The notes under the pieces: model-generated
What the model was told of the DNA's origin: nothing
Database searches by the model: none
The model's input: the letters and a program-made list of their open reading frames with translations, nothing else
Position numbers and translations under genes: made by a program
Assembly (NCBI GenBank): GCA_963668025.2
Contig: CAXXTH010000017.1
Coordinates: 1,216,001 to 1,280,000 of the forward strand
DNA from: Candidatus Hydrogenedentota bacterium
Lineage (GTDB): Bacteria; Hydrogenedentota; Hydrogenedentia; Hydrogenedentales; SLHB01
Direction of reading: 5' to 3'
Length of the DNA: 64,000 bases
Shown here: positions 1 to 9,546 of the stretch, in pieces
How the letters are laid out: each line of letters opens with the position of its first letter
Numbering within the stretch: position 1 is the first letter of the stretch

Positions 1-1690
1 CTAAAAAAGGCAGTAAGAGCTTGCTTTGGGATTTTTCCGGCCCAATTTTGTAAAGAAATAACTGTCCTGGCCCGCTCTTTACGTTGGCGCCGACAGCAGG
101 TTGGGGGTGGCCAGCGGCCTTCCCTCGAGTATTTTGGCGAAGATCCGGCTGAGGATCGTCCGCCATCGTTCGTTCCAGTTCAACTGCCGCGCAGTTGCTT
201 TCACCTCCAATAAAAAGGCGTTTACGGATTTCAGAACTTGTTCCATAGCATGTCCTTGCGCATGCACGGGGGTGATGGTGAGCGTGGTTTGGCCTCCGTG
301 GCGGGTCTGCTGTCCCACACCATACAGCAGCAGAGGGCGGCTTGTGATCGCTTCGGCGTGGCGCTCCGGAATGGCCAAGCGCACGTACAAAGACCACCAA
401 TTGTAAATCAGGGCTATGATTCGCGCCATGATTTGGCAGCGCTTCATATCGTGGGTGGTATACCCGCCCCACCCCCACTGGTTTTTCTGTTCATCGTAGA
501 TGTTTTCCGCATCGCCCCGGTCGCGATAATGCTGGGCCAAGGCCGATAGGGGGTCTGTCAGCGAAGTGGCCAGCAGCGCGTATTCATACTGCTGCACGGC
601 TCCCGCTTGGATCTCAATGAGCTGTAGTTGGGGGGAGGGGTCAGGCAATAGCGGCTCCGTTTCCAGAACGATACTCCCTTTGAGCTTGCGCCGCAGAACG
701 ATTATCCGGCGTTTGCTCGTCCATCCCATAAGCTCCAGACGGTCTTCCAAACCTTCCCAGCCTTGGCCTGCTGGCGTCCAGTCCTTAGAACAAAAGGCCT
801 GCTGGATAAGCCGTTTCACGTTGCTGGTCTGCCGCAATTTGAACAGATAGGGCACTCCGCGCGCTTCGGCTTCGCTCATGTCGCGTTCGTTGCCGAAGGC
901 GCAGTCGCCGCGAATCATGCCCGGCCAGGCCGCGCGCGGCAAGCCATCGAGAAAATGCCACAATCCAGGCATGGTGTATTTCGCCGCCGTCTCGTTGCCC
1001 GGCCGGACTTCCACGTCCAGCACCAAGCGCGTGTTCGCCATAAAATAGGTATGCAGCACATGAGAAGGACGGCCCTGTTTCGCCGGATTGTAGCCCAGCA
1101 CGGCCCCTTCTTGATGGCCGAACAGGGGCTTCACGCTTGTATCCACGTCCAAAATCCAAGGCTCATAAAGCAACGGCTCATAACAGCGGCGCAGGTGCTT
1201 CTGTAGCCAGCCCGCGCAGGCTTCCCCGTCCGCCAGTATAAATGCCCGCCGCGCCGAGGAGGCGCTCATGATCTTGCTCATACCCAGCAAGCCCGGGTTC
1301 ACCGCGTCGTAACGGACCGCGTCAATGTGCGCATAGCGGGTGTGGCCCGCCAGCACTGATAAAAATAGCGTGCCCAGCACATCCCTCTTGCGCGGCGCAT
1401 TATTGCTGGCGTACGCCAGCGGACAGTCCTCCACCCACGCTTCAAAAAGCTCCGCCGTCTTGAGGAAATCGATAAAGAACGCCAACTGGCCAAACGGCGT
1501 CGTTGCCGCCTCCCGGTCCCATTCCACATGCACCCGGCCCCCGTAGCTATCTACGAAAATCGGCGCCTCCAAAGACAACCATTCCTCCTCTCCCAATGGG
1601 GGAGCATCTTGCTGTTGCGATTCTGTTTCCATGTTCTTTATCTTGAACTACTTCCTGCTCGACACTCAAGATTCAACTGGCGTTTTTAGG
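1..1690 (-). mobile_element. IS1380-family insertion sequence, copy 1 (first base of one IR lies just outside the window)
   Basis: Ends (c)ctaaaaaaggcagt ... actggcgtttttagg form an imperfect 15-bp inverted repeat; near-identical to 7159-8849. Confidence 0.88.
79..1632 (-). CDS. IS1380-family DDE transposase
   Basis: 517 aa; LDVDTS, RGDCAF and YRDRGDAENIYDEQKN DDE motifs; FGHQEGA...YNP typical of IS1380. Confidence 0.88.
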   Translation of the reverse strand: METESQQQDAPPLGEEEWLSLEAPIFVDSYGGRVHVEWDREAATTPFGQLAFFIDFLKTAELFEAWVEDCPLAYASNNAPRKRDVLGTLFLSVLAGHTRYAHIDAVRYDAVNPGLLGMSKIMSASSARRAFILADGEACAGWLQKHLRRCYEPLLYEPWILDVDTSVKPLFGHQEGAVLGYNPAKQGRPSHVLHTYFMANTRLVLDVEVRPGNETAAKYTMPGLWHFLDGLPRAAWPGMIRGDCAFGNERDMSEAEARGVPYLFKLRQTSNVKRLIQQAFCSKDWTPAGQGWEGLEDRLELMGWTSKRRIIVLRRKLKGSIVLETEPLLPDPSPQLQLIEIQAGAVQQYEYALLATSLTDPLSALAQHYRDRGDAENIYDEQKNQWGWGGYTTHDMKRCQIMARIIALIYNWWSLYVRLAIPERHAEAITSRPLLLYGVGQQTRHGGQTTLTITPVHAQGHAMEQVLKSVNAFLLEVKATARQLNWNERWRTILSRIFAKILEGRPLATPNLLSAPT

Positions 1691-1748
1691 TTGTACGTTC
1701 CTCTAGGGCCTCCCTGCCCTCGGCGGTTATGTAGTAATATTTGCGCCG
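1691..1748 (-). pseudogene. 3' fragment of a second PadR-family gene, cut by IS copy 1
   Basis: Translates RRKYYYITAEGREALEERT; 51/58 nt identical to 2766-2823 of the intact padR. Confidence 0.8.
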
Positions 1749-1772
1749 GGCTCACGCCACTTGCTAAGACCG

Positions 1773-2714
1773 CTAGCCCAACTTATGAAACAGCGTGTAT
1801 TGCCCCGCTTTGTAGAGCGCGCACGCTACGAGGGCATAGGCCACGAAGGAAGTAAAAGAAAGGGTGATGCTTGTCACGACGTCGGATAATGGCATGAAGG
1901 GCCACAAGGACACCCGCTTTACCAAAGTGTCGATATAGGCGGGCGAAAATGAAAATAAAAAACTCCAAACAACCCAACAGCCTGCCGCGGCTCTCATCGC
2001 CCGGGCTTGTCGAGGCGGCCGGTCACACCACCAGAGCCATACCATACATATAAACACGGGATGCATCGTTATAGGGATTATTATAAGAATAGAGTTCCAG
2101 GACCACGCCACAAATGATCTTTGTGCCGCGTTGGCATATAAGTCGGCATATAATAAGTTGAAAAACGTATCCGTGCGTGATTCTAGAAAAAATAAGGCTG
2201 CAATAACGCACGCTAAATATAGGGGACGCCAAGTGAGGAACCATGGCGTATGGCCCATATCGAGGCGGCGTTGCCAGCGCCATAGAAACAACCACGAAAA
2301 AACGATTGTAAGAGCATACACACAAGCTAATACTGCCTGGGGAGGGGCAAATGCTAGTGTCTCTGGCGGCAACCTCAGGAGGGTGATTCCTAGGGAATCG
2401 AAAATGACGCTAACGGCCATCGTGACAACCATCGCCGCCGCAAGCCGCCGGTAAAGTCTTACATTTGTGTCATACCCATGAACCTTCTGAAATAATGCCT
2501 TGACTTGTGACGGATCTCCGAAGTGCTCGCGGACAAGGATGAGTGCGTCTTCCTCGGCAAACGTTTCATCGCCATTCATATATGCGATTAGCTTGTCCTC
2601 CATGTGAGCATATAGCTCCTCCTGGATTTCCGCATCCAAGTTATGGGCCACGGAGATCTTCTTGCACAACGCCCGCATTTTTTCAGATGTGTCCGGCTTC
2701 AGTTGGTCACCCAT
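1773..2714 (-). CDS. Multi-pass membrane protein with N-terminal 'permease prefix'-type helical domain (PadR partner)
   Basis: EIQEELYAHMEDK...EHFGDP N-terminal motif followed by several TM segments; start overlaps padR stop. Confidence 0.75.
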   Translation of the reverse strand: MGDQLKPDTSEKMRALCKKISVAHNLDAEIQEELYAHMEDKLIAYMNGDETFAEEDALILVREHFGDPSQVKALFQKVHGYDTNVRLYRRLAAAMVVTMAVSVIFDSLGITLLRLPPETLAFAPPQAVLACVYALTIVFSWLFLWRWQRRLDMGHTPWFLTWRPLYLACVIAALFFLESRTDTFFNLLYADLYANAAQRSFVAWSWNSILIIIPITMHPVFICMVWLWWCDRPPRQARAMRAAAGCWVVWSFLFSFSPAYIDTLVKRVSLWPFMPLSDVVTSITLSFTSFVAYALVACALYKAGQYTLFHKLG

Positions 2715-3039
2715 TGCGCACCTCCCCAAGACGTAGAACCATCTGGTTGAATGCGTTCCATTCTTTTGTACGTTCCTCAAGGGCTTCCCGGCCCTCGGCG
2801 CTTATGTAATAGTATTTGCGGCGGCGGCCCGTGTCGGCCTCCTGCCATTGCGTGCGCACGAGTTTGGCTTTCTCCAGCTTGTGCAACACGGGATACAGCG
2901 TGCCCTCTTGCCAGAGAAACACGCCCTCGGCCTCTTTGTTGAGGCGCTTGACGATCTCGTAGCCGTAACTTGCGTGTTCCGCCAACACGCCCAGCACGAG
3001 AAGAGCGGTCGATGCACCCACCAATTCTTTGTTTGTCAT
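2707..3039 (-). CDS. PadR-family transcriptional regulator
   Basis: SYGYEI, EGTLYPVLHKLE and RRKYYYIS motifs; GGAGG RBS upstream of ATG 3039. Confidence 0.93.
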   Translation of the reverse strand: MTNKELVGASTALLVLGVLAEHASYGYEIVKRLNKEAEGVFLWQEGTLYPVLHKLEKAKLVRTQWQEADTGRRRKYYYISAEGREALEERTKEWNAFNQMVLRLGEVRNG

Positions 3040-3164
3040 GACGGCCTCCATACATAGAAGTTCTAAGGCTATGATACCAAGAACTTCTTGGCGTGTCAAG
3101 CCCCTTTGTGGCTCCAAATCACCAGGGGGACGAAAAAGACTTCTCAAGCGAGTTCCAGACGTCC

Positions 3165-3250
3165 AAAGCGGCAGCAAGCTGCCGCACTCCAAATACTTTC
3201 GCAAAAAATACTTAGGGCGTGTATGGAGTGCGGTAGCTTGCTACCGCTTT
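3165..3250. repeat. Inverted pair of REP-like palindromes
   Basis: aaagcggcagcaagctgccgcactcca ... tggagtgcggtagcttgctaccgcttt; each unit is a hairpin and the two are inverted. Confidence 0.75.
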
Positions 3251-3468
3251 CATGTTCTCTTACGCGCATCTTGGCAGCATTTCCTTGCTTTGGCTTGCCG
3301 ACGCCATTTTTTGGGTAATTCCCTTTCGTGGATATGACTCAGTAATAGTACATTACATTCGCCATCATATTTTTACCCGGCGACTAAAGAGATTTTCCCG
3401 TGTCTTGTTTGTGGTGTATCATGGCTATCAACCAATCCAGGCGGTGAACTTCGTGAAGGAGAATATAC

Positions 3469-5253
3469 ATGGACATCCCGCGTGCTGAATATCCGCGCCC
3501 CCAATTGGTCCGGGAGCGCTGGCTGTGCCTGAATGGCGAATGGCAATTCGAGATGGATTGCGGTGATTCGGGCCTTGAACGGGGCCTGCTGGGGCGTGAA
3601 CTCAAGAGCCGCATCATCGTTCCTTTTTGCCCGGAATCCTCGTTGTCTGGAATAGGAAACATCGATTTCATGCCTGCGGTATGGTACCGGCGGACCATCA
3701 CGATACCGGATGATTGGGCAGGCTCGCGGGTGTTGCTGCATTTCCAAGCGGTGGATGAAGACGCTACGGTATGGGTGAATGGGATCGAAGTGGGCCGCCA
3801 TCGTGGCGGATTCGCGCCGTTCACGTGCGATGTCACCCGTGCGGCGCATCCTGGAATGGAAGCGGTGATCGTGGTGCGCGCGCGCGACGACGCCCGCGAG
3901 TGGAAGCCCATGGGCAAGCAGTCGCGGGCCTATGCCAACGCCGCATGCCACTACACGCGCACCACCGGCATCTGGCAAACGGTGTGGCTCGAGCCCGCGC
4001 CCCGCACGGCGCTCGAGCGGCCCCGCATCACGCCGGATATCACCAACGGCTGTTTCTATATCGAGCAGCGGCTCGATGGCGCGCGCGAACCGGGGCTGCA
4101 TATTCGCGTGCGTTTGTGTACGGAAGCCGGGGAAATCGCCCGCGTGGATTGCCCAGCCGACCAGGACTTCCAGCCGAAGGCCATGCTGCTCGTGCCCAGC
4201 GAGCACCGGCGGTTCTGGTCGCCCAGCGATCCATTCCTGTATACGCTTTATATTGAACTGCGTGATAGCCACGGCAATCTGCTCGATCAAGCGGAGAGTT
4301 ATGCGGGCCTGCGGGGCATATGCCTTGACGGGAAAACCATCCGCATCAATGGGCAAACCATCTTCCAACGCCTGGTGCTCGACCAGGGCTATTATCCAGA
4401 TGGCATCATGACCGCGCCAACCGAGGAAGCATTGGTGGACGATATCCGCCTGTCGCTCGAGGCGGGATTCAACGGGGCGCGCCTGCACCAGAAAGTGTTC
4501 GAGGAGCGTTTTCTGTACCATGCCGACCGCATGGGATATTTGGTATGGGCCGAATTCCCCAATTGGGGCAGCCGGGAAGAGCCAGGGAAGGAACACACCC
4601 GCGCCACCTACATCACCCAGTGGCTCGAAGCCATCGAGCGCGATTACTCGCATCCCAGCATTATCGGGTGGTGCCCGTTGAATGAAACCGTCGAATACCT
4701 TGGCGACCGTATCACTGAACTCGATGATGTCACCTGGGGCATGTTTCTCGCCACAAAGGCCTTGGATGGCACACGGCCCGTGCTGGATACTTCCGGATAT
4801 GCCCACCGGATTCCCCAGAACGATGTGTACGACTCGCATGATTACGACCAGAATCCGGAAACCTTCGCGGCGCGGCATGCGGCGTTAGCCGATGGCAAGC
4901 CTTACCTGAACGAAGCCAATGGACGCGCCATCTCGATTCCCTATGGCGGCCAGCCCTATTTCGTGAGCGAGTTCGGCGGCATCTGGTGGAATCCAGAAGC
5001 GCGCGAGGGCGAGAACTCGTGGGGGTATGGCGACCGGCCCACGAGCATTGAAGAGTTTTATACCCGGTTCGAGGGCCTATGCGCGGCGCTGCTCGATAAC
5101 TCGGATATGTTCGGCTATTGCTACACGCAATTAACGGACGTTTTCCAGGAGCAAAACGGCATCTACACCTTCGACCGCCGGACCAAGTTCGACATGAAGC
5201 GCATCCGCGCCGCCCAGGAACGGCCCGCGGCCATCGAGCCAATGTCGTTTTAA
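3469..5253 (+). CDS. Glycoside hydrolase family 2 (beta-galactosidase/glucuronidase-like)
   Basis: PRAEYPRPQ, LNGEWQF, GIWQTVWLE, VLDQGYYPDG, HPSIIGWCPLNE and SEFGG motifs. Confidence 0.92.
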   Translation: MDIPRAEYPRPQLVRERWLCLNGEWQFEMDCGDSGLERGLLGRELKSRIIVPFCPESSLSGIGNIDFMPAVWYRRTITIPDDWAGSRVLLHFQAVDEDATVWVNGIEVGRHRGGFAPFTCDVTRAAHPGMEAVIVVRARDDAREWKPMGKQSRAYANAACHYTRTTGIWQTVWLEPAPRTALERPRITPDITNGCFYIEQRLDGAREPGLHIRVRLCTEAGEIARVDCPADQDFQPKAMLLVPSEHRRFWSPSDPFLYTLYIELRDSHGNLLDQAESYAGLRGICLDGKTIRINGQTIFQRLVLDQGYYPDGIMTAPTEEALVDDIRLSLEAGFNGARLHQKVFEERFLYHADRMGYLVWAEFPNWGSREEPGKEHTRATYITQWLEAIERDYSHPSIIGWCPLNETVEYLGDRITELDDVTWGMFLATKALDGTRPVLDTSGYAHRIPQNDVYDSHDYDQNPETFAARHAALADGKPYLNEANGRAISIPYGGQPYFVSEFGGIWWNPEAREGENSWGYGDRPTSIEEFYTRFEGLCAALLDNSDMFGYCYTQLTDVFQEQNGIYTFDRRTKFDMKRIRAAQERPAAIEPMSF

Positions 5254-5605
5254 AAGACTAGTATGGCAATTGCCCACTATCCAATGGAACGGCGTTATGC
5301 CGTATATGCTTATTTACCTTTGTGTTCTTAGCGGCTTTGCGTGAGATTGAATGGATATCCTTCATCGAAGGCGTTTCTCCGGTTAGCTTTTGCATCCGTT
5401 GATAGCTTTTGCGAGCGTATCCAATCTTGTTCATCATGTAAATCATGTCAAAAAAAAGCTTTTGTTTTTTCACGCAAAGCCGCGAAGCCGCAAAGGATTC
5501 AATGCGCGGCATAACCGTAATTAAAACACGGGATTGTAGTTACGGGTGGCTGTAGGCGAAAACGTTTTGTATTTTCTTGTAGAAGTTGGAGCGTAAGGTA
5601 TTTAG

Positions 5606-6553
5606 TCATTTTGCTAGACGGCGCTGTGTAGCGACGTGGGCGAGCCCTTGCGCGTCGAGGGCGAGTTCGTCCTCGAACCATGCCGCGTTATTCGGGGCAT
5701 ATGCCATACCGTGCCGCTGGAAATGCACCGCCATGGCCTGTTGCAATCGTTCGTAGCAGAACGCCCCGAGGGCCTCATCCGGCGCATCGGAGGCCGCTGC
5801 TTCGACAAGGATAGCCGCCATGTCTTCAATGGACGCGCGAAGCGACGCCGCACACGTTTGGATATCCTCGACAGGGCCGTAGTGGCTTAAATACACCCGT
5901 TGCGCGCCCGTGGCGAACAGGCGTTCCATGGTTTCGAGAGTGGCGTTGGGATCAAATTCCGTGGGTGTGGCCGCGCACAGGAATAAGGGCTTTGCGCCCT
6001 GCCGAAACTCGGGATAACACGAACCAAACACATCGCCCGTGAATACGCCCGCCGAGGCCGAATCATATATGCAGATATGGTGCCGCGCATGGCCCAGCGT
6101 GTGCATCATCACGAGCGGGCGTTTACCCAGCCAGATGGTTTCGCCGTCCTCGACGGCCCGCAAACGCGCCTCGGGCAAGGGCAGTATTTCGCCGAATAGC
6201 GATGCGAACCGTTCCGGCCCATATACCACGCGCGTGGCTTCGATGAGCCGTTCTGGATGGGCCAGATGGCGCACACCGCGCGGATGCACCAGCACCGTGG
6301 CGTTGGGGCACACTGCCGCCAGCGCCGATGCGCCCGCCGCATGGTCGAGATGGATATGGGTTAGGATGATATAGCGCACCTGCCCGGGGGCGAGCCCGTT
6401 CGCTTGAAGCGCATCAAGGAAGAGAGGCAGGGCATGAGGCGTTCCCGCCTCCACGAACGCCGCTTCGCCGCCATCTTCGAGCAGATAAGCGCTGAACCGC
6501 CCCGGATGAATATAGTGGCAATCAAAAGGGATGACATGAGTATTCACTTGCAT
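5606..6553 (-). CDS. Metallo-beta-lactamase-fold hydrolase
   Basis: THIHLDHA, GHARHH and FTGD motifs. Confidence 0.9.
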   Translation of the reverse strand: MQVNTHVIPFDCHYIHPGRFSAYLLEDGGEAAFVEAGTPHALPLFLDALQANGLAPGQVRYIILTHIHLDHAAGASALAAVCPNATVLVHPRGVRHLAHPERLIEATRVVYGPERFASLFGEILPLPEARLRAVEDGETIWLGKRPLVMMHTLGHARHHICIYDSASAGVFTGDVFGSCYPEFRQGAKPLFLCAATPTEFDPNATLETMERLFATGAQRVYLSHYGPVEDIQTCAASLRASIEDMAAILVEAAASDAPDEALGAFCYERLQQAMAVHFQRHGMAYAPNNAAWFEDELALDAQGLAHVATQRRLAK

Positions 6554-6714
6554 GATATGTTCTCTTCACAGTTCTTATATACGCACAGCCAGACAATATC
6601 CGCACATGATATAGAAATTGGCCGCCTGTTTCGATTCGTTATGAGAGCTTGCTTTCATCCGCACAAAAAAGCATCCCTAAAACGTGGTATAGGTAGTTGT
6701 AACTAGGAAAGAGC

Positions 6715-7158
6715 ATGCGGGATACCTATGCAGACAGCATAAAAGCGGCCTACCACGAAAATAGCGCTGCTTTATTGGCATATGCCACGGCGTTGCATCC
6801 ATGCCGGGAAGCCGCTGAAGACGCCGTACATGACGTTTTCGCGCGAATTCTAAAAAACCGGCCCCGCGTGGACGAGTGGCGGCCGTACCTCTTTCGAGCC
6901 GTACGAAATGCGTGTATGGATGGCCGCAGAAACCAGCAGCGCGAAGAACGCAGCCAGGCGCGGCTTCACTTACTTGATGCGGATCCAGCGGATATGCAAG
7001 AGCGTCTGGCCATCGAGGATGCGCTGGGACAGCTTTCCGCCAATCACCGGGAATGTATTGTGCTGAAGATATATATGGGCTTCACGTTTAGCGAGCTCGG
7101 CTCCATCTGCGGTGTTCCGGCCAATACCGCGGCTTCGTGGCACCGCCGGGGCCTTCAA
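6715..7158 (+). pseudogene. ECF sigma factor, 5' part; interrupted by IS1380 copy 2 (native 3' end at 8855-8893)
   Basis: AEDAVHDVF, YLFRAVRN and sigma4 HTH motifs; removing the IS and one TTCAA restores ...HRRGLQ-RLHEILDGQDNG*. Confidence 0.88.
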
Positions 7159-8849
7159 CCTAAAAAAGGCAGTAGGAACTTGCTTTGGGATTTTTCCAGC
7201 CCAATTTTGTAAAGAAATAACTGTCCTGTCCCGCTCTTTACGTTGGCGCCGGCAGCAGGTTGGGGGTGGCCAGCGGCCTTCCCTCGAGTATTTTGGCGAA
7301 GATCCGGCTGAGGATCGTCCGCCATCGTTCGTTCCAGTTCAACTGCCGCGCAGTTGCTTTCATCTCCAATAAAAAGGCGTTTACGGATTTCAGAACTTGT
7401 TCCATAGCATGTCCTTGCGCATGCACGGGGGTGATGGTGAGCGTGGTTTGGCCTCCGTGGCGGGTCTGCTGTCCCACGCCGTAGAGCAGCAGAGGGCGGC
7501 TCGTGATCGCTTCGGCGTGGCGCTCCGGAATCGCCAAGCGCACGTACAAAGACCACCAATTGTAAATCAGGGCTATGATTCGCGCCATGATTTGGCAGCG
7601 CTTCATATCGTGGGTGGTATACCCGCCCCACCCCCACTGGTTTTTCTGTTCATCGTAGATGTTTTCCGCATCGCCCCGGTCGCGATAATGCTGGGCCAAG
7701 GCCGATAGGGGGTCTGTCAGCGAAGTGGCCAGCAGCGCGTATTCATACTGCTGCACGGCTCCCGCTTGGATCTCGATGAGCTGTAGTTGGGGGGAGGGGT
7801 CAGGCAATAGCGGCTCCGTTTCCAGAACGATACTCCCTTTGAGCTTGCGCCGCAGAACGATTACCCGGCGTTTGCTCGTCCATCCCATAAGCTCCAGACG
7901 GTCTTCCAAACCTTCCCAGCCTTGGCCTGCTGGCGTCCAGTCCTTAGAACAAAAGGCCTGCTGGATAAGCCGTTTCACGTTGCTGGTCTGCCGCAATTTG
8001 AACAGATAGGGCACTCCGCGCGCTTCGGCTTCGCTCATGTCGCGTTCGTTGCCGAAGGCGCAGTCGCCGCGAATCATGCCCGGCCAGGCCGCGCGCGGCA
8101 AGCCATCGAGAAAATGCCACAATCCAGGCATGGTGTATTTCGCCGCCGTCTCGTTGCCCGGCCGGACTTCCACGTCCAGCACCAAGCGCGTGTTCGCCAT
8201 AAAATAGGTATGCAGCACATGAGAAGGACGGCCCTGTTTCGCCGGATTGTAGCCCAGCACGGCCCCTTCTTGATGGCCGAACAGGGGCTTCACGCTTGTA
8301 TCCACGTCCAAAATCCAAGGCTCATAAAGCAACGGCTCATAACAGCGGCGCAGGTGCTTCTGTAGCCAGCCCGCGCAGGCTTCCCCGTCCGCCAGTATAA
8401 ATGCCCGCCGCGCCGAGGAGGCGCTCATGATCTTGCTCATACCCAGCAAGCCCGGGTTCACCGCGTCGTAACGGACCGCGTCAATGTGCGCATAGCGGGT
8501 GTGGCCCGCCAGCACTGATAAAAATAGCGTGCCCAGCACATCCCTCTTGCGCGGCGCATTATTGCTGGCGTACGCCAGCGGACAGTCCTCCACCCACGCT
8601 TCAAAAAGCTCCGCCGTCTTGAGAAAATCGATAAAGAACGCCAACTGGCCAAACGGCGTCGTTGCCGCCTCCCGGTCCCATTCCACATGCACCCGGCCCC
8701 CGTAGCTATCTACGAAAATCGGCGCCTCCAAAGACAACCATTCCTCCTCTCCCAATGGGGGAGCATCTTGCTGTTGCGATTCTGTTTCCATGTTCTTTAT
8801 CTTGAACTACTTCCAGCTCGACACTCAAGATTCAACTGGCGTTTTTAGG
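7159..8849 (-). mobile_element. IS1380-family insertion sequence, copy 2 (1691 bp), 5-bp target duplication TTCAA
   Basis: IRs cctaaaaaaggcagt / actggcgtttttagg; TTCAA at 7154-7158 and 8850-8854. Confidence 0.93.
7238..8791 (-). CDS. IS1380-family DDE transposase
   Basis: 517 aa; differs from copy 1 at 3 residues seen (I/V, V/M, S/P). Confidence 0.88.
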   Translation of the reverse strand: METESQQQDAPPLGEEEWLSLEAPIFVDSYGGRVHVEWDREAATTPFGQLAFFIDFLKTAELFEAWVEDCPLAYASNNAPRKRDVLGTLFLSVLAGHTRYAHIDAVRYDAVNPGLLGMSKIMSASSARRAFILADGEACAGWLQKHLRRCYEPLLYEPWILDVDTSVKPLFGHQEGAVLGYNPAKQGRPSHVLHTYFMANTRLVLDVEVRPGNETAAKYTMPGLWHFLDGLPRAAWPGMIRGDCAFGNERDMSEAEARGVPYLFKLRQTSNVKRLIQQAFCSKDWTPAGQGWEGLEDRLELMGWTSKRRVIVLRRKLKGSIVLETEPLLPDPSPQLQLIEIQAGAVQQYEYALLATSLTDPLSALAQHYRDRGDAENIYDEQKNQWGWGGYTTHDMKRCQIMARIIALIYNWWSLYVRLAIPERHAEAITSRPLLLYGVGQQTRHGGQTTLTITPVHAQGHAMEQVLKSVNAFLLEMKATARQLNWNERWRTILSRIFAKILEGRPLATPNLLPAPT

Positions 8850-8885
8850 TTCAACGGCTCCACGAGATTCTGGATGGGCAAGACA

Positions 8886-9260
8886 ATGGATGAATGGGAA
8901 TCGCCACTAGAAGAGAGGCTGGCGCGGCATTCGTTGCAGACGCCGCGACCCGAGTTCGACGCGCGCATGGAATCGCTCTTCAATCGGCGGCGCTTCCGCT
9001 TCGCGGGCTGGTCCCGGCCCGTGAAACTCTGGCAATGCCTGGCGGCATGCGCTGCCTGCCTGCTGCTCGGGCTGGCCATCCAAACACTTCGCACGCCAGC
9101 CGCACCATCCATGCAGCCGCCGATCCAGCGTACGGTCGTGTATGTCATGCCACAAGAAGAACAGCAACTATTCGATGCAACTACCCGCGCCTGCCGCCCC
9201 TGGCGGGGCGATGCCACCGTCACGGTGGAGGCTGTGTCCGGGAAGAACAATAGAATCTAG
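8886..9260 (+). CDS. Putative single-pass membrane anti-sigma factor
   Basis: Start overlaps the reconstructed sigma stop (ATGGATGA); LEERLARHSLQTP N-terminus, one TM segment, short C-terminal part. Confidence 0.7.
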   Translation: MDEWESPLEERLARHSLQTPRPEFDARMESLFNRRRFRFAGWSRPVKLWQCLAACAACLLLGLAIQTLRTPAAPSMQPPIQRTVVYVMPQEEQQLFDATTRACRPWRGDATVTVEAVSGKNNRI

Positions 9261-9546
9261 AGTGGTTTGAGTCGGTATTCACGGAATCCAATAGAGCATG
9301 CGCCAATTTTGATGCTGGATGAATAGGAGGCCAGGCGCGTAATGCCAAAAAAACTATGCGCCATTTGCCGTAGGAGGATGTGGTTAATTATCCAGTCCAG
9401 AAGCCCTTGCGCCCTGCCTGCTGCTCGGGCTGGCTATCCAAACACTTCGCATCCGATCAGCCCGCTTTGAGCGGGCTAAAAAGAGGCACCAGATAACCTG
9501 TGGCTTATTGCATGTAAACTTGAACTGCTCTCGGGAGACTAACGCC

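Noticed and set aside
1-8849. Composite transposon formed by the two IS1380 copies
   Set aside because: Copy 2 has its own TTCAA duplication on both sides and splits a gene that continues beyond it, so it inserted independently.
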